A stretch of 18,133 bases of DNA from Elusimicrobiota bacterium (GTDB lineage: Bacteria; Elusimicrobiota; UBA8919), in assembly GCA_043816185.1 (NCBI GenBank), contig JBDRIG010000096.1:1-18133 (forward strand), in the 5' to 3' direction. A model generated the notes under the pieces. The model saw only the letters and a list, made by a program, of their open reading frames with translations. It did not search any database and was not told the origin of the DNA. The stretch's first letter is position 1. Every line of letters starts with the position of its first letter. Positions 1-6,549 of the stretch are shown here, in pieces. A program made the position numbers and the translations under genes.

Positions 1-190
1 GATACGTTGTAGAGTAATTCCTTTTGTGTCTTTTAAGTACTGCGATGGTGTTTTGTAATTTAATTTTTTGAGTCTTTTGTTTTGGTTGTAGTCGTCAACA
101 AACTCCAAAAGTTTATTATTTAGATCAAATATACTACTAAACCTGTATTTTGTTCCAAATTTTGTAAATTTTGTCTTATTAACCTTTCAA
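1..190 (-). pseudogene. IS481-like (integrase-core) transposase C-terminal remnant, runs off the window edge
   Basis: Manual minus-strand translation of 150->1: KYRFSSIFDLNNKLLEFVDDYNQNKRLKKLNYKTPSQYLKDTKGITLQRI, matching the YNxxRxxxxLxxxTPxxY tail of IS481/IS3-type transposases. Upstream, a frameshifted ER(F)NKT-like motif (~188-172) and an in-frame stop indicate decay. Confidence 0.7.
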
Positions 191-204
191 AGAACAGTTG
201 GTTG

Positions 205-300
205 CTATTGCGACACAGTGTGAATGACGGACATGGTCGATTGCAATGACGACAAGACGTCGTTGTTTCAAGGAACTTTTGCTTTTTTCAATGGAACTTA
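205..300 (+). repeat. Dispersed ~95-bp cassette, copy 1 (MITE-type end + aatgac...gcaatgac + GGAACTT-containing core)
   Basis: Aligns with 11940-12060; 258-287 is identical to 12009-12038 over 30 bp. Confidence 0.9.
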
Positions 301-321
301 ATATACAAATAGATTGAAATT

Positions 322-738
322 ATGATTAACCTTGGCATAAATCCGCAAAAACAAAAATCGCTTGAAGAAAAAATGCTTAAATTTAATGTCTTTGAAAAAG
401 ACATTTGCGAAAAATTTGTTCATTCAGGGGGAAAGGGTGGACAAAACCTCAATAAGGTGGCAACTTGTGTTTATTTAAAGCATCTACCTACTGGGATTGA
501 AATAAAATGTCAAAGCGAAAGGTCGCAAATGTTAAATCGTTTTTTGGCAAGAAGATTACTCACCAATAAAATTGAACAACTTGTTCTCGGGAAAAAAAGC
601 GAAGAACAACAAAGGATAGAAAAAATCAGACGCCAAAAAAGAAAGAGATCAAAAAGGGCAAAAGAAAAACTTCTAAAAAACAAACATCATTTATCAGAAA
701 AAAAAGAAAATCGCAAGAATGTAAAACTTTATGAGTAA
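322..738 (+). CDS. Class I peptide chain release factor-like protein (GGQ domain plus basic tail; ArfB/C12orf65-type ribosome rescue factor)
   Basis: SGGKGGQNLNK, HLPTGIEIKCQSERSQ..NR motifs; Lys/Arg-rich C-terminus; no codon-recognition domain. Confidence 0.85.
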   Translation: MINLGINPQKQKSLEEKMLKFNVFEKDICEKFVHSGGKGGQNLNKVATCVYLKHLPTGIEIKCQSERSQMLNRFLARRLLTNKIEQLVLGKKSEEQQRIEKIRRQKRKRSKRAKEKLLKNKHHLSEKKENRKNVKLYE

Positions 739-1786
739 TGTATATTTTTCAAAAATTTTTTCAAAAGATACAATTGTTAAACTTGCAGAAAAATCGGGCA
801 TAAATTCGCTCATTTCAAAAAACGATTTTGTTGCAATAAAAATCCATTTTGGCGAAAAAGAAAACCTTGGTTATATCAAACCAGAATATGTAAAACCGGT
901 TGTTGAAATTATAAAATCACTCGGCGGAAAACCATTTTTAACAGACGCAAATACAATCTACAAGGGAAGTCGAGCAAATGCAGTCGACCACTTAAATACT
1001 GCTATTTCTCATGGCTTTGGACAATGTGGATGTCCAATAATAATTGCCGATGGACTGCGAGGAAATTCTTATGTAGAAGTTGATGTAAACTTGAAACACT
1101 TTAAAAAAGTTAAAATTGCACGTGATATTTACTATGCAGACAAATTCATTTTTTTAACTCATTTTAAGGGACACGAAATTTCAGGGTTTGGTGGTGCAAT
1201 AAAAAATGTTGGAATGGGATGCGGTGCACGTTCAGGAAAATACGAAATGCACAATGCTATAAAACCAAATACAATCTCGGAAAAGTGTATTGGTTGTAGC
1301 GATTGCATAAAATGGTGTCCCTCGAATGCCTTGCAACTTTCAAATAAAAAAATTATAATAAACAAAGGTATTTGTGTAGGTTGTGGCGAATGCATGTTGT
1401 CCTGCGAACAGTATGCAATAAAAATCCCTTGGGACGAATCAACAAAAAATGCACAAGAAAAAATAGTGGAATACGCCGTAGGTATTTTGAAAAATTTGCA
1501 TAATAGCGAAACAGGTAAAAAAGCAATTTATATAAATTTCTTAAATTACATAACAAAATTCTGCGACTGCTATCAAACAAAAGAAAACCCGTTAATTGAA
1601 GATGTAGGGATTTTGGCTTCTTGTGATCCTGTAGCAATTGATACGGCATCGGTAAAACTAATTAACAAAAAATTCGGTAGTGATCTTTTCAAAAAAATAT
1701 TTCCTGAAATCGACTGGTCGGTACAATTGGAATACGCGGAAAAACTTGGTCTCGGAGAAAAAAAATATCAACTTGTTGAAATATGA
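731..1786 (+). CDS. DUF362 domain protein with inserted 2x[4Fe-4S] ferredoxin domain
   Basis: VAIKIHFGE, TDANTIY.GSR, HFKGH, GFGGAIKNVGMG; CIGCSDCIKWCP and CVGCGECMLSC; CDC; DPVAID. Confidence 0.85.
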   Translation: MSNVYFSKIFSKDTIVKLAEKSGINSLISKNDFVAIKIHFGEKENLGYIKPEYVKPVVEIIKSLGGKPFLTDANTIYKGSRANAVDHLNTAISHGFGQCGCPIIIADGLRGNSYVEVDVNLKHFKKVKIARDIYYADKFIFLTHFKGHEISGFGGAIKNVGMGCGARSGKYEMHNAIKPNTISEKCIGCSDCIKWCPSNALQLSNKKIIINKGICVGCGECMLSCEQYAIKIPWDESTKNAQEKIVEYAVGILKNLHNSETGKKAIYINFLNYITKFCDCYQTKENPLIEDVGILASCDPVAIDTASVKLINKKFGSDLFKKIFPEIDWSVQLEYAEKLGLGEKKYQLVEI

Positions 1787-2265
1787 AAGAAAAGTCAACA
1801 AACCATCAAAAAGCACTTAAATATGCTTTCTGGCTTTTTGCCCAAAGAAATCACTCAGAAAAAGAAATACGAGATAAACTCGGGAAGAACTATGATAATA
1901 CAATCGTTGATGTCGTAATAGAAAAACTAAAAAGTCTGAAACTTGTTGACGATGAGAAATTTGCAAAAGAATGGGTAGAATATCGTCTATACCATAATAA
2001 AAGCAAAAATTTTATTACACGAGAATTAACTAATAAAGGTATACTGTGTGAAACGACAACAGAAATTTTAAACTCGCTAAAAATTGATGAGACAGAACTG
2101 GCGTATAATACAATAAAAAATAAAATTGCAAGATACAAAAAACTTGAGCCATCAAAAGCAAATAGCAAAATTTTTCAATTTCTTATCGGTAAAGGCTTTT
2201 CTTACGACACGATTGAAAGTGTCATAGAAAAATTTGGAGGTAAAGATAACGATGAAGACGAGTAA
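1783..2265 (+). CDS. recX: Regulatory protein RecX
   Basis: RNHSEKEIRDKL, VDDEKFA, ELTNKGI, FLIGKGFSYD three-helix repeats; 160 aa. Confidence 0.9.
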   Translation: MKEKSTNHQKALKYAFWLFAQRNHSEKEIRDKLGKNYDNTIVDVVIEKLKSLKLVDDEKFAKEWVEYRLYHNKSKNFITRELTNKGILCETTTEILNSLKIDETELAYNTIKNKIARYKKLEPSKANSKIFQFLIGKGFSYDTIESVIEKFGGKDNDEDE

Positions 2266-3763
2266 AACTGCTTTAATCAGCGTATCGGACAAAACTGGAA
2301 TTATTGAGTTTATAAAAGGACTCATAGGATTGGGTATAAAAATTATTTCAACTGGAGGCACAGCAAAAACACTCAAAGATGCCGGAATTTCTGTTGCGAC
2401 GGTTGATGAAATAACAGGCTTTCCAGAAATACTCGATGGCAGAGTAAAAACACTGCACCCAAAAATTCACGCTGGAATATTAGCAAAAAGAACGAAAAAG
2501 CATCTTGCCGAGTTAAAAAAACTTAAAATTGACACGATAGATATGGTCGTTGTAAATCTTTACCCGTTTGAACAAAAACCATCTATTGAGAATATAGATA
2601 TAGGCGGAGTAACGCTTCTTCGTGCAGCGGCAAAAAATTTTGAAAGTGTTTTTGTTATCTGCGATCCAAATGACTATTCCCAAATTCTTACTAATCTGAA
2701 AAATTCAGAAATGGATTTTGAATTCAAAAAGAAACTTGCGGCAAAGGCATTCAGACATACCGCCTATTATGATTCTGCCATTTCAAATTATTTTACGGAG
2801 GAACAATTCCCTGAAAAAATAACCATTGGACTTATCAAACTTTCCGATATACGATACGGCGAAAATCCACATCAGAAAGCGGCAATTTACAAAGTAGGAA
2901 GTAGGAAGTGGGAAGTTGGAAGTGAAAGGCAACTGCAGGGCAAAGAATTATCTTACAACAATTACCTTGATATGGATGCTGCATTCAATTTGGTATGCGA
3001 ATTCCAAGACCCGACCTGTGTAATTGTAAAGCATAACAACCCCTGTGGAGTTTCTTCTTCGGCAAATATTTTTGATGCATATAAGAACGCTCTTGCTTGT
3101 GACACTGTTTCAGCGTTTGGTGGAATTGTGGCGTTCAATAAAAATGTTGACGGCAAAACTGCAAAAGAGGTAATAGAAATTTTCACCGAATGTATCGTAG
3201 CACCATCCTATTCTCAAGATGTTATACAGTTATTTGCCGCAAAGAAAAATCTACGAGTGTTGGTACAGCATCTAAATAAACCATTAGATAAACCGATTGA
3301 ATTCCGCAGTATCGCCGATGGATTTCTTGTCCAAGAAAAAGACAACAAACTTTTTGAGGGTTTGAAAATAGTGACAAAAGCAAAACCAACAAAACAGCAA
3401 CTAGAATCTTTAAAGTTTGCTTTTACCGTCGCAAAATGCGTAAAATCTAATACAATCGTTCTTGCCAGGGGCACACAAACAGTCGGAATCGGCGCAGGAC
3501 AAATGTCAAGAATTGACTCACTAAAAATCGCAGTTATGAAAATGCAATCACTCCACTTACCACCTACCACTCACCACTTGCCACTTGTTCTTGCAAGCGA
3601 TGCGTTTTTCCCATTCGGTGATGTTCCCGAGGAAGCAGCAAAAATAGGAGTTACAGCAATTATTCAACCCGGTGGCTCATTAAAAGATGATGATTCAATC
3701 AATGTCTGCAACGAGCATAAAATGTCAATGGTATTCACAGGAATGAGACATTTTAGACATTAA
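2252..3763 (+). CDS. purH: Bifunctional AICAR formyltransferase/IMP cyclohydrolase
   Basis: ALISVSDKTG, GRVKTLHP, IDIGG, RYGENPHQ, KHNNPCG, ASDAFFPF, MRHFRH. Start set to ATG 2252 after GGAGGT RBS. Confidence 0.97.
   Translation: MKTSKTALISVSDKTGIIEFIKGLIGLGIKIISTGGTAKTLKDAGISVATVDEITGFPEILDGRVKTLHPKIHAGILAKRTKKHLAELKKLKIDTIDMVVVNLYPFEQKPSIENIDIGGVTLLRAAAKNFESVFVICDPNDYSQILTNLKNSEMDFEFKKKLAAKAFRHTAYYDSAISNYFTEEQFPEKITIGLIKLSDIRYGENPHQKAAIYKVGSRKWEVGSERQLQGKELSYNNYLDMDAAFNLVCEFQDPTCVIVKHNNPCGVSSSANIFDAYKNALACDTVSAFGGIVAFNKNVDGKTAKEVIEIFTECIVAPSYSQDVIQLFAAKKNLRVLVQHLNKPLDKPIEFRSIADGFLVQEKDNKLFEGLKIVTKAKPTKQQLESLKFAFTVAKCVKSNTIVLARGTQTVGIGAGQMSRIDSLKIAVMKMQSLHLPPTTHHLPLVLASDAFFPFGDVPEEAAKIGVTAIIQPGGSLKDDDSINVCNEHKMSMVFTGMRHFRH
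2892..2926 (+). repeat. Degenerate heptamer array (5 units) inside purH
   Basis: aagtagg aagtagg aagtggg aagttgg aagtgaa, translated as KVGSRKWEVGSE. Confidence 0.9.
3553..3587 (-). repeat. Degenerate heptamer array (5 units) inside purH, opposite orientation
   Basis: ccactta ccaccta ccactca ccacttg ccacttg, translated as HLPPTTHHLPL. Confidence 0.9.
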
Positions 3764-3767
3764 AAAA

Positions 3768-3801
3768 TGTCACTGCGAGGGCTTTAGCCCCTGGCAATCT
3801 C
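3768..3801. repeat. Left half of branched palindromic element (gtcattgcgag...gcaatctc family)
   Basis: tgtcactgcgag..gggc-ttta-gccc..ggcaatctc; same flanks as 11724-11763; begins 5 bp after the purH stop; followed by a T run. Confidence 0.75.
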
Positions 3802-3970
3802 TGTTTTTTCTCATTTCTGAAATTTTGCTGTTATTGCAATAAATGTTGCATTTGAAATTTTGCCTGATTACTCGAAGTTTGAACGGAAGTTGTTCAAAAA
3901 ATAATTGAAAATATAAATAGAAAATGTGAGACGTTCATTTTTCCACTTGTTTTTTTCTGAAAAAGAAGTA

Positions 3971-3979
3971 TGATAAAAT
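3971..3979 (+). promoter_or_regulatory. Candidate extended -10 (TGnTAAAAT) for the methyltransferase
   Basis: TGaTAAAAT about 40 bp before ATG 4020; the AT-rich background weakens the call. Confidence 0.35.
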
Positions 3980-4019
3980 AAACTCGAGTATCTGTTTTTC
4001 AAAAATATGGAATTGTAAA

Positions 4020-5330
4020 ATGACTCTAACAACTCACCATGAAATAATAAACGGAGACAGCCGACAAATGGCAAAATTGTCTTCCAATTCAGTGCATCTT
4101 ATTATTACTTCTCCACCTTATTGGCAACTCAAAGATTACGGTTCTGACAACCAGATTGGCTATCACGAAAGTTATGAGAGCTACATTAACAACTTAAATC
4201 TTGTTTGGAGAGAAAGTTATCGTGTATTGCATAATGGATGCCGACTTTGCGTAAACATTGGCGACCAATTCGCAAGGGCAGTTTATTATGGTCGTTACAA
4301 GGTAATTCCAATTCGTGAGGAGATAATAAAGTTTTGTGAAAATATTGGTTTTGATTATATGGGTGCGATAATTTGGCAAAAGGTAACAACATCAAACACA
4401 ACAGGTGGAGGCGTACAAATGGGTTCGTATCCATATCCAAGAAACGGGATTTTGAAAATTGATTATGAGTTTATTCTAATCTTCAAAAAACTTGGCGATG
4501 CTCCAAAACCAACCAAAGAACAAAAAGAACTTTCTAAAATGACAAATGATGAATGGAATACCTTCTTTGCAGGACATTGGAAATTCGGAGGAGTAAGACA
4601 AGACAAACATATCGCAATGTTTCCGGAAGAATTACCCGGACGTTTAATAAAAATGTTTACATTTGTTGGTGACACAGTACTTGACCCTTTTACTGGGAGC
4701 GGTACAACAAATCTTGCAGCAAAAAATCTTGGTAGAAATTCTGTTGGTTATGAAATCAACCCGGAGTTTATTCGAATCATAAAACAAAAACTTTCAACAA
4801 ATCAAAAAGATATTTACGATACAACCTTTGAATTTGCAACGGAGAAAATTTATTTGGATTTTGAAAAAGAAATTCAAAAGCAACCATACATTTTCAAAGA
4901 CCCTCATATGTTCAATAAGAAAATTGACATCAAGAAATTACAATTCGGTTCTAAGATTGATAAAGGGGGTTCAGTAAAGAGAGAAGAATTTTTCACAGTA
5001 AAAGAAATTATCAGTCCCGAAAAAATTCGATTAAGCAATGGCCTGACTGTAAAACTTATTGGCATTAGAGAGGATAAAAAAATAAATGGGAAAGCCATTG
5101 CTTTTCTTACTGACAAAACGAAAGGCAAAAGAGTTTTTCTTAAATACGACAATATAAAATACGACAACGAAAATAATTTACTCTGCTATCTCTATCTTGA
5201 AAATAAAACTTTTATCAATGCTCATTTAATCAAAAACGGTTTAGTGCAAATGGACAGCAAGATTGATTTTAAGTATAAAGAAAAATTTATTAACCTTTTT
5301 AAAGGAGCCAATGCCGAAACCATCCGCTAA
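4020..5330 (+). CDS. Site-specific DNA methyltransferase (N4-C/N6-A, beta class) with C-terminal SNase/thermonuclease-like domain
   Basis: Motif IV IITSPPY precedes motif I VLDPFTGSGTT; H.AMFPEEL; C-terminal ~110 aa has the SNase pattern VKLIGI...KGKRVFLKYD..KYD....LLCYLYL....FINAHLIKNGLV. Confidence 0.9.
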   Translation: MTLTTHHEIINGDSRQMAKLSSNSVHLIITSPPYWQLKDYGSDNQIGYHESYESYINNLNLVWRESYRVLHNGCRLCVNIGDQFARAVYYGRYKVIPIREEIIKFCENIGFDYMGAIIWQKVTTSNTTGGGVQMGSYPYPRNGILKIDYEFILIFKKLGDAPKPTKEQKELSKMTNDEWNTFFAGHWKFGGVRQDKHIAMFPEELPGRLIKMFTFVGDTVLDPFTGSGTTNLAAKNLGRNSVGYEINPEFIRIIKQKLSTNQKDIYDTTFEFATEKIYLDFEKEIQKQPYIFKDPHMFNKKIDIKKLQFGSKIDKGGSVKREEFFTVKEIISPEKIRLSNGLTVKLIGIREDKKINGKAIAFLTDKTKGKRVFLKYDNIKYDNENNLLCYLYLENKTFINAHLIKNGLVQMDSKIDFKYKEKFINLFKGANAETIR

Positions 5331-6009
5331 AAAATTCTCCAAAGAGTTCGGAAAGAAAGAGAGAGTTCTCAATTACGCTTGTCAAACTTATCAGTTATCA
5401 CGCCCCAACAAAGTTGGCACAGCGATGGCTCTCATTCGTGAGTGTCAGCCGAAATCATTTGAAGAATGGCAGAAATGGTATTTTGAAAACGCAAATACAG
5501 ACGGGAAAACACCAAATAAAATTACAAAAGAAAGTTTGGAAGAACTCGGCGAACGGCTCTATGTAAAAATAAAAGAAATTGTAATTCCCGAATGGACAGA
5601 AGCATTTAATCAACTGACATTACAGGACTGTGTTGATTATATTTTCAATCTAACCATTAACAGAACTTATGACGGGTTCATCAGGGAGAAATCTGTTATT
5701 GAAGACAACCTTGCAAAAGAATTTCCGAATGTAAAATTTGTAGCAAGCGACCCTGAACTCGACCACGCTGGAGACATTGATTATCTCGGATGGGTTGGTA
5801 AAAAGGCATTTGGTATTCAAATAAAACCTGTTACAGCAAAAGCCAACTTCGGTAACTACTCGGCGACAGAGAGAATGAGAGCGAGTTTTGACGACTTTAC
5901 CAAAAAATTCAGTGGACAGGTTTTCATTGTTTTCAGTATAGACGATAAAATAAAAAACGAAGAAGTAATCGGACAAATCGCAAGTGAGATTAAACGACTT
6001 TTAAAATAA
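5311..6009 (+). CDS. Type II restriction endonuclease, MjaI-like family
   Basis: SRPNKVG..MALIREC.PKSFEEWQKWY N-terminus; PD-(D/E)xK-like core IDYLG....AFGIQIKP; AAGGAG RBS before ATG 5311; overlaps the MTase by 20 bp. Confidence 0.75.
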   Translation: MPKPSAKKFSKEFGKKERVLNYACQTYQLSRPNKVGTAMALIRECQPKSFEEWQKWYFENANTDGKTPNKITKESLEELGERLYVKIKEIVIPEWTEAFNQLTLQDCVDYIFNLTINRTYDGFIREKSVIEDNLAKEFPNVKFVASDPELDHAGDIDYLGWVGKKAFGIQIKPVTAKANFGNYSATERMRASFDDFTKKFSGQVFIVFSIDDKIKNEEVIGQIASEIKRLLK

Positions 6010-6030
6010 ATAATGGGGCCGGCGTTAATT

Positions 6031-6063
6031 AAAAATCTCTGCTGAAAAGTTAGGGATTTTTTT
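6031..6063 (+). terminator. Rho-independent terminator after the R-M pair
   Basis: aaaaatctctgct-GAAA-agttagggattttttt: stem with G.U pairs and one bulge, GNRA loop, T tract. Confidence 0.65.
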
Positions 6064-6164
6064 ATTGTGTTTTTCGGGAAATTTTGTAAAATGAAACTAC
6101 TGAAAGTCAATTTATCGGATGCAACTGATAACTCCATATTCCAATCTTTTATAGTTATATTTTT

Positions 6165-6272
6165 GCAGATGATGTGATATTAACCGTCAGATTCACATAC
6201 CGTGCCGGAATAATCCGAATTTTTGGTGCGGGCTATTGGAGAAAGGGGACGAGATATTATGAGAAGGATTAA
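6165..6272 (+). pseudogene. C-terminal half of a BrnT-like toxin, 5' truncated
   Basis: Not in the ORF track. Manual translation ADDVILTVRFTYRAGIIRIFGAGYWRKGTRYYEKD*; in-frame stops at 6126-6131; overlaps the antitoxin ATG. Confidence 0.8.
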
Positions 6273-6495
6273 AAATTTGAACATGCCTATTGGCAAAATG
6301 ATAAAAATAAACGATTTCTTACCGCCGCCTGAAAAACTTGCCGTGCAAGATGAAAATGTAAAAATAACCATATCGCTTAGCAAGGCGAGTGTTGAATTTT
6401 TTAAACAGAAAGCCAAAAAATATCACACCAAGTATCAAAAGATGATTAGGAACCTTATTGACCGATATGCTTCTCATCATGTTTACCAAGATTAG
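6259..6495 (+). CDS. BrnA/CopG-like ribbon-helix-helix antitoxin
   Basis: DFLPPPEKL..VKITISLSKASVEFFKQKAKK....YQKMIRNLIDRYA; ATG 6259 preceded by AGGGG. Confidence 0.8.
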   Translation: MRRIKNLNMPIGKMIKINDFLPPPEKLAVQDENVKITISLSKASVEFFKQKAKKYHTKYQKMIRNLIDRYASHHVYQD

Positions 6496-6549
6496 ACCAT
6501 TGGCGGGTCTATGCTTACATCCACAACCGCGATATGCAATAAGCAATCT

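Noticed and set aside
5311..6009. Assigning CTAG specificity from the MjaI resemblance and apparent scarcity of CTAG
   Set aside because: CTAG is under-represented in many bacteria, no exact count was made, and family resemblance does not fix specificity.
6122..6132. 11-mer caactgataac shared with 16161-16171, upstream of both TA modules
   Set aside because: An 11-bp match is expected by chance in 18 kb of AT-rich DNA.
6493..6546. T-box or riboswitch upstream of alaS (small hairpins tagacc/ggtcta and tgctta/taagca)
   Set aside because: Only ~54 bp of leader, with no T-box consensus or terminator.
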